Source of the DNA: an uncultured Actinomycetes bacterium
GTDB lineage: Bacteria > Actinomycetota > UBA4738 > HRBIN12
Length of the DNA: 64,000 nt
NCBI GenBank assembly: GCA_963734685.1
Contig: CAVTIC010000007.1
Location: 317,232 to 381,231, forward strand
Direction of reading: 5' to 3'
The translations under genes and the position numbers were made by a program. The first letter of the stretch is position 1. Each line of letters begins with the position of its first letter. Positions 46,422-56,488 of the stretch are shown piece by piece. The notes under the pieces are model-generated. The model was not told the origin of the DNA. It ran no database searches and saw only the letters and a list, made by a program, of their open reading frames with translations.

Positions 46422-47624
46422 GTGAGCGTCACGTACCCGTCCGGGTTCCGCGCTTCGGGGGTCACCGCAGGTTTCAAGCCGAGCGGCCTGCCCGACCTCG
46501 GGCTGCTGGTGGGGGATCCGGGCACCACCGCGGCCGCGATGTTCACGACGAACCGCGTGGCGGCCGCGCCCGTGGTGGTCGGACGCGAGCGCGTCGCGCG
46601 CGGCCGCGTGCGTGCGGTGCTCGTGAACAGCGGGCAGGCCAACGCCGCGACCGGCGATCGGGGCGTCGCCGACGCGCTCGCGTCGAGCGCCGAGGCCGCG
46701 CGCGCGCTCGAGGCCGATCCCGACGAGTTGATGCCCTGTTCCACCGGCGTGATCGGCGAGCCCCTGCACACGATCCTGCTGCACGATGCGATGCCCGACC
46801 TCGTGGCCGCGCTGTCGACTGAGGGCGGGGAGGGGTTCGCCCGCGCGATCATGACGACCGACACGGTGCCCAAGCTGTCCGTGGCAGATGCCGGGCCGCA
46901 CCGGGTCGGCGGCTGCGCGAAAGGCGTCGGCATGATCGCGCCGAACCTCGCAACGATGCTCGCGTTCGTCACCACCGACGCGGCCGTCGGCGCCGACGAC
47001 CTGCAGCGGATCGCGGCCGCTCGGTTGGCGCCGCGGTTCAACGCCCTCACGGTCGACGGCTGCACGTCGACGAACGACACCGTCCTGCTGCTGGCGAGCG
47101 GCGCCGCCTCGCCCGACGGAGCCCCGGTCTCGGCCGGGTCGCCCGCCTGGGACGAGCTCGCCGCCGCGGTCGACTCGGTGGGCGAGGCTCTCGTCGCCCA
47201 GTTGGTCGTCGACGGGGAAGGCGTGACCCACGTGCTCCTCATCGACGTGGAGGGGGCCGCATCCGATGACGATGCCCGCCTGCTCGCCAAAGCCGTGGCC
47301 GACTCGCCGCTCGTGAAGACCGCGGCGTTCGGCGGTGACCCGAACCCCGGACGGTTCCTGCAGGCGGTGGGGGCCTGCGGCGTCGGGGTCGACCCCGAGG
47401 CGATCGACGTCGTGATCGGCGGCGTGCCTGTGGCCGTCGGCGGCGTGATCCCGCCGGCGTACTTCGAACCCGCGTCGGCGCTGGCAGAGGAGGCCAGGGC
47501 CCGCATGAAGGACGCCGAGATCGCCGTGCGGATCCGCGTGGGTCACGGCCCGGGCGCAGCCCGCGCCTACGGCTGCGACCTGTCCTACGGCTACGTGCGC
47601 ATCAACGGGGAGTACACGACGTGA
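46422..47624 (+). CDS. argJ: Glutamate N-acetyltransferase / amino-acid acetyltransferase
   Basis: NSGQANAATG, STGVIG, IMTTDT, KGVGMIAPNLATML, STND, SPLVKTA, GCDLSYGYVRIN. Confidence 0.96.
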   Translation: MSVTYPSGFRASGVTAGFKPSGLPDLGLLVGDPGTTAAAMFTTNRVAAAPVVVGRERVARGRVRAVLVNSGQANAATGDRGVADALASSAEAARALEADPDELMPCSTGVIGEPLHTILLHDAMPDLVAALSTEGGEGFARAIMTTDTVPKLSVADAGPHRVGGCAKGVGMIAPNLATMLAFVTTDAAVGADDLQRIAAARLAPRFNALTVDGCTSTNDTVLLLASGAASPDGAPVSAGSPAWDELAAAVDSVGEALVAQLVVDGEGVTHVLLIDVEGAASDDDARLLAKAVADSPLVKTAAFGGDPNPGRFLQAVGACGVGVDPEAIDVVIGGVPVAVGGVIPPAYFEPASALAEEARARMKDAEIAVRIRVGHGPGAARAYGCDLSYGYVRINGEYTT

Positions 47625-48559
47625 CGATCGAGCCATCAGCTCCCGCGCCGTCGTTCGAGCTCCCTCCCCAGATCCGGCAGCGCACGGTCGCCAAGGCACG
47701 CACCCTGCTGGAGGCGCTGCCGTTCATGCGCGAGCACCACGGGAAGGTGATCGTCGTGAAGTACGGGGGGGCCGCGATGGGCTCGGCGGTCCTTGCCTCC
47801 TCGTTCGCCCAGGACGTCGCGCTGCTGCAGAGCGCCGGCATCACGCCCGTGGTCGTGCACGGAGGCGGACCCCAAGTGACGAAGGTCTCCGAACGTCTCG
47901 GCATCGAGACGACGTTCGTCGACGGGCTGCGAGTCACCGACGCCGAGACGCTCGACGTGGCGACGATGGTGCTCGCCGGCAAGCTCAACACCGACGTCGT
48001 CGCGGCCCTGGTCACGGGCGGCGTGCCGGCGGTGGGCCTCTCGGGCGTCGACGGCGGTCTGCTGCTCGCCCGCAGACAGACGGGGCCCGATCTCGGATTC
48101 GTCGGCGAGGTCGTGCACGTGAACGCCGAGGTGCTCCGCACCCTCACCGCCCAACGTTTCGTGCCGGTCGTCGCGAGCATCGCGGTCGATGAGACGAGCG
48201 GGCAGGCGTACAACGTGAACGCCGATGTGGTCGCGAGCGAGCTCGCGATCGCGCTCGGCGCCGAGAAGCTCGTGTTCATCAACGACGTGCCCGGCCTGAT
48301 CGGCCCGACCGGCGACCTGCTGAGCGAGCTCTCTGCCGAGCAGTGCCTCGACCTGCTCGCACGGCCGGGGGTGGTGGGAGGTGGCATGATCCCGAAGCTG
48401 GAGAGCGCGGTCGCGGCACTGAAGGCCGGCGTCGGCCGGGTCCACCTCGTCGACGGGCGCGTCGAGCACTCCCTCGTGCTGGAACTCTTCACCCCCGAGG
48501 GCGTCGGCACGATGGTCACCCCCGACGCGTTGCCGCCCGTGGAGGAGGTGGCGCCGTGA
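47621..48559 (+). CDS. argB: Acetylglutamate kinase
   Basis: VVKYGGAAM, VVHGGGPQ, GLRVTD, NVNAD, GGMIPK, ELFT..GVGT. Confidence 0.96.
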   Translation: MTIEPSAPAPSFELPPQIRQRTVAKARTLLEALPFMREHHGKVIVVKYGGAAMGSAVLASSFAQDVALLQSAGITPVVVHGGGPQVTKVSERLGIETTFVDGLRVTDAETLDVATMVLAGKLNTDVVAALVTGGVPAVGLSGVDGGLLLARRQTGPDLGFVGEVVHVNAEVLRTLTAQRFVPVVASIAVDETSGQAYNVNADVVASELAIALGAEKLVFINDVPGLIGPTGDLLSELSAEQCLDLLARPGVVGGGMIPKLESAVAALKAGVGRVHLVDGRVEHSLVLELFTPEGVGTMVTPDALPPVEEVAP

Positions 48560-49743
48560 ACGAGCCGTCGGTGATGCCCACCTACGCCCGGCACCCGCTG
48601 ACGCTCGTACGCGGTGCCGGCACCAGGGTGTGGGACGACCGAGGGCGGGAGTTCCTCGACTTCGCCGGGGCGCTCGGCGTGACCGCGATCGGTCATTCGC
48701 ACCCTGCGTGGGTCGCCGCCGTGCGCGGCCAGCTCGACACCCTCGACATGGTCAGCAATCTCTACGCGACCGAGCCCCAGGCGGCGCTCGCCGGGCGGCT
48801 CGCCGCGCTGATGCCCGTGCCCGACGCGCGCGTCTTCTTCTGCAACTCCGGAGCCGAGGCGAACGAAGCCGCGATCAAGCTCGTGCGGAAGCACGGCCTC
48901 GCGAACGGGAAGCCGGCGATCGTCGCGCTCGACGGCTCCTTCCACGGACGCACCGTGGCGGCGCTCGCCGCGACCGGACAGCGCGCGAAGCGGGCGGCCT
49001 TCGAGCCGCTCGTGGACTGGTTCCGGTTCGTACCGCCCGACGACCTCGCTGCGCTCGACGCAGCGATGACCGACGAGATCGGTGCCGTGTTGCTCGAGCC
49101 CGTGATGGGGGAGGGCGGCGTGCGTCCGCTCGACGATTCCTACCAGCGCGGCGTGCGCAGACTCTGCGACCAGCGCGGGGCGCTGCTCGTGGCCGACGAG
49201 GTGCAGTCGGGTATCGGACGGTGCGGCGACTGGGCAGCCCTGCAGCACGCCGGGGTCGAGGCCGACGTGCTCACGCTCGCGAAGGCGCTCGGCGGCGGAT
49301 TGCCCATCGGGGCGATGCTTGCGCGCGCAAGCATCTCGTTCGAGCCCGGCGATCACGCGTCGACGTTCGGCGGCGGCCCGGTGGTGTGCGCGGGCGCGCT
49401 CGCGGTGCTCGACACGATCGAACGGGACGACCTGCTCGAGCGGGCCCGTGCGATCGGCGACGCGGTGCCCGCGGCGGTCGCCGCCGCGGCGCCGGAGGGC
49501 TCTGTCGTCGACGCTCGCGGTCGTGGGTGCCTGTGGGGATTCCAGCTCGCGCGTCCGGTCGCGAACGACGTCGTGCTCGCGATGATCGCCGAAGGCGTGC
49601 TTGCGAGCCCCGCCGGGCCCGACGTCGTGCGGATGTCGCCGCCGCTCACGTCGAGCGACGACGACGTCGTCGCGGCCGCGTCCGCGTTCGGGGCCGCGGT
49701 CGTGCAGGTCCTCGAGGCTGCCGAGGAGGAGGTCTCGTCGTGA
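48556..49743 (+). CDS. argD: Acetylornithine aminotransferase
   Basis: MPTYAR, FFCNSGAEANEAAIK, SFHGRT, DEVQSG, LAKALGGG, HASTFGG. Confidence 0.95.
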   Translation: MNEPSVMPTYARHPLTLVRGAGTRVWDDRGREFLDFAGALGVTAIGHSHPAWVAAVRGQLDTLDMVSNLYATEPQAALAGRLAALMPVPDARVFFCNSGAEANEAAIKLVRKHGLANGKPAIVALDGSFHGRTVAALAATGQRAKRAAFEPLVDWFRFVPPDDLAALDAAMTDEIGAVLLEPVMGEGGVRPLDDSYQRGVRRLCDQRGALLVADEVQSGIGRCGDWAALQHAGVEADVLTLAKALGGGLPIGAMLARASISFEPGDHASTFGGGPVVCAGALAVLDTIERDDLLERARAIGDAVPAAVAAAAPEGSVVDARGRGCLWGFQLARPVANDVVLAMIAEGVLASPAGPDVVRMSPPLTSSDDDVVAAASAFGAAVVQVLEAAEEEVSS

Positions 49744-50216
49744 GCCGTTCGAACGGAGCGTCGAAATCGAAGCGGCAGCAGTCGATCCTCGGGCTGCTCG
49801 CGAAGGAACGCCTCGCGAGCCAACAGGAGATCCGTGAACGGCTCGCGTACATGGGGATCGAGGCGACGCAGTCCACGATCAGCCGCGACATCGAGGAGCT
49901 CGGCCTCGCGCGCGTGCACGACGCGCAGGGCACCCGGTATGTCGTGCCGGGCGATGCCGGTTCTTACGGGCCGATGGCGCTGCTCCGGCACCTGCTCGAC
50001 GAGTTCGCCCTGTCATTCGTCGCGAGCGATGCAGGGTTGATCGTCCGAACCTCGCCAGGCGCCGCGGCCGCCCTCGCCGAGGGCATCGACCGCGCCGGGC
50101 TCGACGGGGTGGCCGGCACGATCGCCGGCGACAACACGATCCTGATCCTCGGGCGCGAAGGCGTGAAGCCGCCGGCGCTCGAGCGGTCGCTGACGCAGAT
50201 CATGGAGGCGAGTTGA
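49740..50216 (+). CDS. argR: Arginine repressor
   Basis: SQQEI, TQSTISRDIEELG, RTSPGAA, GTIAGDNTI. Confidence 0.95.
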   Translation: MSRSNGASKSKRQQSILGLLAKERLASQQEIRERLAYMGIEATQSTISRDIEELGLARVHDAQGTRYVVPGDAGSYGPMALLRHLLDEFALSFVASDAGLIVRTSPGAAAALAEGIDRAGLDGVAGTIAGDNTILILGREGVKPPALERSLTQIMEAS

Positions 50217-51439
50217 TGGCTGTAGGAACCGGCGGCGAGGTCACGGCCGCGAAGAAGGCGGTGCTCGCCTACAGCGGCGGGCTCGACACGTCGGTCACGA
50301 TCCGGTGGCTGACCGAGCAGGGGTACGAGGTACATGCGGTCGCCGTCGACGTCGGCCAGCGCGAGAACTTCGATGAGATCGTCGAACGCGGAGCCGAGGC
50401 CGGCGCTGCGAGCGTGCGGGTGGTCGATGCGGTCGACCGGTTCGCAGCTGAGTTCCTCGCGCCGGCCATCAAGGCGAACGGGCTGTACGAGGGGAAGTAC
50501 CCGATGGTGTCGGGCCTCGCCCGCCCCTGCATCGTCGAGGAGGTCGTGAAGGTCGCCCGGGAGGTGGGCGCGAGCGTCGTCGCACACGGGTGCACCGGCA
50601 AGGGGAACGACCAGGTGCGGTTCGAGGTCTCGTTCGGCGTCCTCGCGCCGGACCTCGAGGTGCTCGCGCCGATCCGCGACGCGAACATCCCGCGCGAGAA
50701 GGCGATCACCCTGGCCGACGAGTGGGGCATCCCGATCGCGAGCGTCGTGACCACGTACTCGGTCGACGAGAACGTGTGGGGGCGCACCGCGGAGTGCGGC
50801 CCGCTCGAGGACCCGTGGGTGGCGCCGCCCGAGGACGCCTTCGAGCGCACCGCTCCTCTCGAGGCGCGCCCGACCCGACCTGCCGAGGTCACGCTGACCT
50901 TCGAGCGCGGCATGCCCGTGGCGCTCGACGGCGTGGCGACGCCGCTGCCCGAGGTGATCCGCCGCCTGGACGTGCTCGGCGGCTCCTACGGGTTCGGGCG
51001 GGTCGACATGATCGAGAACCGGCGCGTGGGCATCAAGAGCCGGGAGCTCTACGAGGTGCCCGGAGCGCTCGCGATCATCTCGGCGCACCAGGCCCTCGAG
51101 GACCTCACGCTCGAGCGCGACCTTGCCCATCACAAGCCGCAGCTCGAGCAGCGATGGGCGGACCTCGTCTACGACGGCCAATGGTTCTCGCCCCTGCGGG
51201 CGGCGATCGACGCCTACGTCGACGCCACCCAGGCGAAGGTCACCGGAGAGGTGCGCCTTCGTTTCGAGCCGGGTTCGTGCACGGTCGTCGGCCGCCGCAG
51301 CGCGCACTCCTTGTACGACCTGTCGCTCGCGACGTACGGCAACGGCGACGCGTTCGACCAGTCCGACGCCGAGGGCTACGTGCGCCTGTACGGTCTGCCA
51401 CTCAAGGTGTGGTCGGCGAAGCAAGGGACCGGCGCGTGA
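50216..51439 (+). CDS. argG: Argininosuccinate synthase
   Basis: LAYSGGLDTS, HGCTGKGNDQVRFE, YSVDENVWG, ENRRVGIKSRE. Confidence 0.97.
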   Translation: MAVGTGGEVTAAKKAVLAYSGGLDTSVTIRWLTEQGYEVHAVAVDVGQRENFDEIVERGAEAGAASVRVVDAVDRFAAEFLAPAIKANGLYEGKYPMVSGLARPCIVEEVVKVAREVGASVVAHGCTGKGNDQVRFEVSFGVLAPDLEVLAPIRDANIPREKAITLADEWGIPIASVVTTYSVDENVWGRTAECGPLEDPWVAPPEDAFERTAPLEARPTRPAEVTLTFERGMPVALDGVATPLPEVIRRLDVLGGSYGFGRVDMIENRRVGIKSRELYEVPGALAIISAHQALEDLTLERDLAHHKPQLEQRWADLVYDGQWFSPLRAAIDAYVDATQAKVTGEVRLRFEPGSCTVVGRRSAHSLYDLSLATYGNGDAFDQSDAEGYVRLYGLPLKVWSAKQGTGA

Positions 51440-52860
51440 CCGAGGGCTCATCGCTGAACGAGGGGAAGCCCGGCGACGGCCCGCTCTGGGCGGGACGTTT
51501 CTCGACCCCGCCGGCACCGGAAGCGCACGCCCTCGGACGTTCGCTCCACTTCGACGTGCGGCTCGCGTCGGTCGACGTCGACGCGTCGATCGCACACGTG
51601 CGGGCGCTCCAGGATGCAGGCCTGCTCGACGCCGACGAGGCGGCTTCCCTCGAGGAGGCGCTCGCCGCGATCGGCGACGACATCGCCGAGAACCGGTTCG
51701 TCTTCCACGAGGTCGATGAGGACATCCACTCGGCGATCGAGCGGGGCGTTACCGAACGGCTCGGCGACCTCGGGGCGAAGCTGCACGCCGGCCGGTCACG
51801 GAACGACCTCGTCGTGACCGACCTGCGGCTGTGGCTGCTCGCGGCAGGGCGGCGCATCGACGGGCTGGTGGTTGCGCTCGTCGAGGCACTGATCGTCCGT
51901 GCCCGCGAGCACGCCGACACCGTGATGCCCGGCACGACGCATGCGCGCCTCGCCCAGCCTGTGACGCTCGGCCACCACCTGCTCGCGCACGCGTGGGCGC
52001 TCGCGCGCGACCTCGAGCGGCTGCACGAGTGGTCGGTGCGCACCTCGACGTCCGCGCTGGGCGCGGGCGCCACCGCCACGTCGACCCTCGGCCTCGACCC
52101 CGACATGACCGCTGCGCGCCTGGGCATGCACCGGGCGTTCGCCAACTCGATCGACGCGGTGAGCGATCGGGACTTCGTGCAGGAGTTCGTTGCCGTGGCC
52201 GCCATCTGCTCGACACATCTGTCGCGGTTGGCCGCCGACCTGGCGCGCGTCACCGACGAGTCGCTCGGCTGGGCCTCGCTGGACGAGGCCTACTCCACGG
52301 GTTCGAGCATGATGCCTCAGAAGCGGAACCCCGACACGGCCGAGCTCGCGCGCGGCAAAGCAGCCCGTGTCGCCGGTGACTTCGTTTCCCTTACGGCGCT
52401 GTTGCAGGGCCTGCCGCTCGGCTACCACCGCGACCTGCAGGAGGACAAGGAGCCGGGGTTCGATGCCGCCGACACGCTCGAGCTCGTGTTGCCGGCGCTC
52501 ACGGGCGCGGTCGCGACCATCGGCTTCGACGCCGAAGCGATGCGTGCGGCGTGCACCCCGGAGGGCCTCTACGCGACCGACCTCGCCGAGGCGCTCGTCC
52601 TCGACGGCGTGCCCTTCCGCGAGGCGCACCGCCGCACGGGGGAGTTGCTCAAGCGTGTCGAGGTCGAAGGTCGCGGCCTCGCCGACCTCACCGAGGTCGA
52701 GTGGAAGGAGTTCGGCGTGCCCGACGGCTCGACCCAGCTCGACCCAGAGCGTAGCGTGGCGGCCCACACGGTCGCCGGGGGACCGGCGCCCGACAGCGTT
52801 CGAGCCCAAGCCGACACGCTCGAGCAGGCGTTGGCGACGCGGGCGTCCGGCGCGCGGTGA
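51436..52860 (+). CDS. argH: Argininosuccinate lyase
   Basis: LWAGRF, EDIH, GRSRND, STGSSMMPQKRNPD, DLQEDKE, GVPFREAH. Confidence 0.97.
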   Translation: MTEGSSLNEGKPGDGPLWAGRFSTPPAPEAHALGRSLHFDVRLASVDVDASIAHVRALQDAGLLDADEAASLEEALAAIGDDIAENRFVFHEVDEDIHSAIERGVTERLGDLGAKLHAGRSRNDLVVTDLRLWLLAAGRRIDGLVVALVEALIVRAREHADTVMPGTTHARLAQPVTLGHHLLAHAWALARDLERLHEWSVRTSTSALGAGATATSTLGLDPDMTAARLGMHRAFANSIDAVSDRDFVQEFVAVAAICSTHLSRLAADLARVTDESLGWASLDEAYSTGSSMMPQKRNPDTAELARGKAARVAGDFVSLTALLQGLPLGYHRDLQEDKEPGFDAADTLELVLPALTGAVATIGFDAEAMRAACTPEGLYATDLAEALVLDGVPFREAHRRTGELLKRVEVEGRGLADLTEVEWKEFGVPDGSTQLDPERSVAAHTVAGGPAPDSVRAQADTLEQALATRASGAR

Positions 52861-52892
52861 CTCCTGGTCGACCGGGTCGGCCTCCGCGGCTC

Positions 52893-53735
52893 CTAAGGCC
52901 ATCCCACGCGAGGCGCGGGCGCCTGCACGGTGAGCACTCGACCCGTTCGCGATCCGGGTTCCAACGCCGCGGGCCACTCTGCGGCCATCATGAACAGCGT
53001 CCTGCCGTCGGAGCCTCCGAGCATGCACGCGAAGCACCCACGGTCGAGCGCGATCGTCTGCGAGACCTCGCCGTCCTCCCACACACGCACGCATCGCTGG
53101 TTCGGGACGTCAGCGAACCAGACAGCGCCCTCCGCATCCAGGCAGATACCGTCGGGCGCGGCACCACCGAGTTCAGCCCACACCCGACGACCTGACAGGC
53201 CACCGCCGGCCTCGATGTCGAACGCGGTGAGTCGCTGCCCGTGCGACTCGGCCAGGATCAGCGTCGAGTTGTCCGGAGTGACGACCATGCCGTTGGGGAA
53301 GAGGACACCATCGGCCACCTGCCGGACCGAGCCATCCGGTGTCACGAGCGCGACGGTCCCGGGACCGGCCTGCTCGCCGGCCATCATGTCGAAGCCGATG
53401 TTGTTCACGTAGATGTTGCCCCGACCATCCAGGACGATCTCGTTCCAAGGGAAGTCGGAGAGGTCGGCAAGGTCCGCGTGGGTCGCGAGCGACCCGTCGG
53501 GCTCCAGCGACAGGAGACGCCGATCGCTCGACGAGACGATGAGCAGTCGACCGTCCGGCAGCCAGTCGATCGAGAACGGGAACGATGGGACGCGCGTGAC
53601 GACCTCGTGGGTCCCATGCGGATCCAGAGCGACCACTTCTCGCGCCCCCCAGTCCGAGAACCAGAGTCGGCCGTCGTGCCAGCGCGGTGACTCGCCGAGG
53701 ACCAGGTCGGAGAGCACGGTTCGTGGTTCCGGCAA
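52893..53735 (-). CDS. SMP-30/gluconolactonase/LRE family protein
   Basis: GESPRWHDGRLWFSD, NEIV, FPNGM, PDGICLDAEG. Confidence 0.9.
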   Translation of the reverse strand: MPEPRTVLSDLVLGESPRWHDGRLWFSDWGAREVVALDPHGTHEVVTRVPSFPFSIDWLPDGRLLIVSSSDRRLLSLEPDGSLATHADLADLSDFPWNEIVLDGRGNIYVNNIGFDMMAGEQAGPGTVALVTPDGSVRQVADGVLFPNGMVVTPDNSTLILAESHGQRLTAFDIEAGGGLSGRRVWAELGGAAPDGICLDAEGAVWFADVPNQRCVRVWEDGEVSQTIALDRGCFACMLGGSDGRTLFMMAAEWPAALEPGSRTGRVLTVQAPAPRVGWP

Positions 53736-53784
53736 CAGGGAACCTCCTTCGCCGATGGACGACCGCCGATGGACGACCGATCAC

Positions 53785-54747
53785 CTAGTCCGGCTCCGCG
53801 CCCGTCAGGCGCTCGCAGAGCTCCCACAGTCTCTCGCGTTCCGCGGGGGTCGCCCTCGACGGCACGAGCTTCGTGGTCGAGCGCGGCGCGCGGTCGAGCC
53901 AGAACCTGCCGGTGACGCGACCAGGCTCGTCGGCCGCCGCGAGCCACACGATCGTGTCGGCGCCCTGCTCGGGGGACCGAAGGATCGGCCCCAACAGGGT
54001 GCGGAACCCCGGTAGGCCGGTTTCCAGACCCGGCGTGTCGGCCCATCCCGGGTGCATCGCGTGCACCGGGATGCCGTCGCCGCGCAGGCGCTTGCCCCAC
54101 TCCTCCGCGAGCACGACCTGCGCCCGCTTCGCCCGTGCGTACGCCGTCGCGCCCGAGTAGTCGTCGGGACCCATCTCCAACACGTCGACCTCGAGCGGCT
54201 GGGTGTACATGCCGCCGCTGGCGATCCAGAGTACGCGGGAGCCAGGCGTCGAGCGGAGCAGCGGCACGAGCTCGTTCGTGAGCAGGAACGGACCGAGCAC
54301 CATCGTCGCGAACGTCATCTCGTGCCCGTCGACCGACTCCTTCCGCTCGGCGAGCAGGGCGCCGGCGTTGTGCACGAGCACGTCGAGTCGGGCGTCCCGC
54401 TCGCGGATCTCGTCGGCGAGCCGGCGCACGTCGTCGAGCGAGCTGAGGTCGGCGACGTACAGGCCGGCATGCGGTCCACCGATCGCATCGAGCTCCTCGA
54501 CCGCGGTCGCACCCCGCTCGGCGTTGCGCGCAACGATCCGTACCGCCGCGCCGATCCGGGTGAGGGCCTTGGCGGTGACGAGCCCGAGGCCCGAGTTCCC
54601 GCCGGTGATCACGACCGTCTTCCCGGTCATGTCGAGCGCTGAGAGGTCCGGCCAGCCGTAGAGGCGTCGGCGGGTCTCGTAGCCCACCTTCGTGAAGCTG
54701 CCGACCACGCTCGTCTCGAGCACGGCGTCGATCGCACCCCTCAGCAC
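53785..54747 (-). CDS. Short-chain dehydrogenase/reductase (DHRS12-like)
   Basis: ITGGNSGLG, LVHNAG, SGGMY, YARAK, MHPGWADTPG, QGADTIVWL; start uncertain. Confidence 0.88.
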   Translation of the reverse strand: MLRGAIDAVLETSVVGSFTKVGYETRRRLYGWPDLSALDMTGKTVVITGGNSGLGLVTAKALTRIGAAVRIVARNAERGATAVEELDAIGGPHAGLYVADLSSLDDVRRLADEIRERDARLDVLVHNAGALLAERKESVDGHEMTFATMVLGPFLLTNELVPLLRSTPGSRVLWIASGGMYTQPLEVDVLEMGPDDYSGATAYARAKRAQVVLAEEWGKRLRGDGIPVHAMHPGWADTPGLETGLPGFRTLLGPILRSPEQGADTIVWLAAADEPGRVTGRFWLDRAPRSTTKLVPSRATPAERERLWELCERLTGAEPD

Positions 54748-54828
54748 TGCGTCTCGGTTCTGCGAGGATCCACGAACGCAACGTACCCGGTCCGCGGCGC
54801 GGCAACCGCCGTGAGACCATGCGCTCCG

Positions 54829-55326
54829 ATGCGGTTCTCGATCAGGGCGTTCACGGGTGAGGACGCAGACGCCGTCGCGAGCTGGCGCTACCCGTCGCCC
54901 TACGACGTCTACGACGCCAGCGAGGATCCCTCGTTCGAGAAGGGGATGCGCGATCCGGCCCGCTGGGGCGAGCTGGAGTTCGCCGTCGACGACGCCGAGA
55001 CCGGCGAGCTGGCCGGGTTCCTCGAGCTGACCGCGATCGGGGACCGCGATCTCGTCGAGATCGGGCTCGGACTGCGACCCGATCTGACCGGACGAGGGCT
55101 GGGTCGCTCCTTCGTCGAGGCCGCGATGGCGTTCGCGCGTGACCGCTGGCAACCGAGCACGTTCGCGCTCGATGTCTTCCCTTGGAACGAGCGCGCGATC
55201 CGCGCGTACGAGCGTGCCGGGTTCGAGCGAGGTGAGGTGTACGTGCGAACGTTCGACGACGGGAACGAGGTCACGTTCCTGCGGATGGCTCGCTCGGCGG
55301 GCCCGCAACCTGACCTGGGGGGGTGA
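54829..55326 (+). CDS. GNAT acetyltransferase
   Basis: WRYPSPYDVY, IGLGLRPDLTGRGLG, NERAIRAYERAGF. Confidence 0.87.
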   Translation: MRFSIRAFTGEDADAVASWRYPSPYDVYDASEDPSFEKGMRDPARWGELEFAVDDAETGELAGFLELTAIGDRDLVEIGLGLRPDLTGRGLGRSFVEAAMAFARDRWQPSTFALDVFPWNERAIRAYERAGFERGEVYVRTFDDGNEVTFLRMARSAGPQPDLGG

Positions 55327-56410
55327 CCGGCACGCCGCGCTTGCGCTGCAGCTCGAGGTACTCGCTGCGGCGACGGAACGTGTCGCGCAACTCCTCGCCG
55401 AGGGAGTCGACGAACTGATCGCGGTACGCGGCATCGACGAGGATCGTGACCGCATAGTAGAGGCCGGCGAACGCGGCCACGCCGGTCGCGACCCGGAACA
55501 GGGCTTCGCTCACCTGTACCTCGTCACCGAACCACGCGATCGTGAAGAGCACGTCGTGGGGCGTCAACAGCCACGTCTCGCGCACGGCTTCGTTCACGAG
55601 GAGGGCGCCGAGCACGACGTAGAACAGCCAGATCGCCGTGCTGACGAACAGCACCTGCAGCATCTCGCTGATCAACGCGACGGCCGCGAGGTTCAGGCGC
55701 TCCTTCCGTCGTAGCGGGACGTCGCCCACCGACGACTCCGCTTGCACCTCCCGCACGACCCCAGGCAGGCGCACGGCGAGGAACACCATCGCCAGCAGCA
55801 CGAAGAGTGCCATCGCGGTCCAGAACGCTCCCGGGCCCGGCGTCGTGAACACCTGCCAGATCTCGGTGGTGAAGAACATCACGAGCGAGAAGAAGAGCAG
55901 GAGCGGCACGGCACGTATGAGCACCGACAGCGAGGCCCCGAGCTGTGAGAAGAACCGTCGTCCGGTCCAGCGGACGAGCGAGGCCACGCCGAACCCGATC
56001 ACGAGGTAGACGAGCAGCAGCAGGGCGGCGTTCACGACCATCGTGTTCACCCCGAACAAGAGCTGTTGGCTGAACACGATCGGGAGGAGCCCCGGCAGTA
56101 TCACGAACGCGGCGAGCTCCGGCCAGCCGACACGGGTCGGCACCGAGAAGAACCGTCGGCCGCGAGCAACGTTCAACACGCCGAAAGCGCCGATCAGGAT
56201 CGCCGCGCCGCCGAGCGCGAGCAGCAGGTTCAGCCATCCCGCCTCCACGTCCATCGCGTTCACCACCTCGAGCACGAAGACGATCGTGAGGAACGGGATC
56301 GCGCGCGTGAACACGTCCTCGGCCGCAGAGAAGTCGAGGATCAGGTTCGGCAGCCCGTCGCGCCGGAAGCCGCGCTCGAGCTCGGCGATGCGCGTCGAGT
56401 CGTCGCTCAC
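55271..56410 (-). CDS. Conserved integral membrane protein
   Basis: About eight hydrophobic segments; RAVPLLL..FFTTEIWQ, ERLN. Confidence 0.7.
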   Translation of the reverse strand: MSDDSTRIAELERGFRRDGLPNLILDFSAAEDVFTRAIPFLTIVFVLEVVNAMDVEAGWLNLLLALGGAAILIGAFGVLNVARGRRFFSVPTRVGWPELAAFVILPGLLPIVFSQQLLFGVNTMVVNAALLLLVYLVIGFGVASLVRWTGRRFFSQLGASLSVLIRAVPLLLFFSLVMFFTTEIWQVFTTPGPGAFWTAMALFVLLAMVFLAVRLPGVVREVQAESSVGDVPLRRKERLNLAAVALISEMLQVLFVSTAIWLFYVVLGALLVNEAVRETWLLTPHDVLFTIAWFGDEVQVSEALFRVATGVAAFAGLYYAVTILVDAAYRDQFVDSLGEELRDTFRRRSEYLELQRKRGVPVTPPGQVAGPPSEPSAGT

Positions 56411-56488
56411 CAGGGCATCGAACCACGCCCGACGCCCGTGGTCGTGCAGGCGCGACCGTTCCTGCGGGCGCCGATAGGCTTGGGCTCG

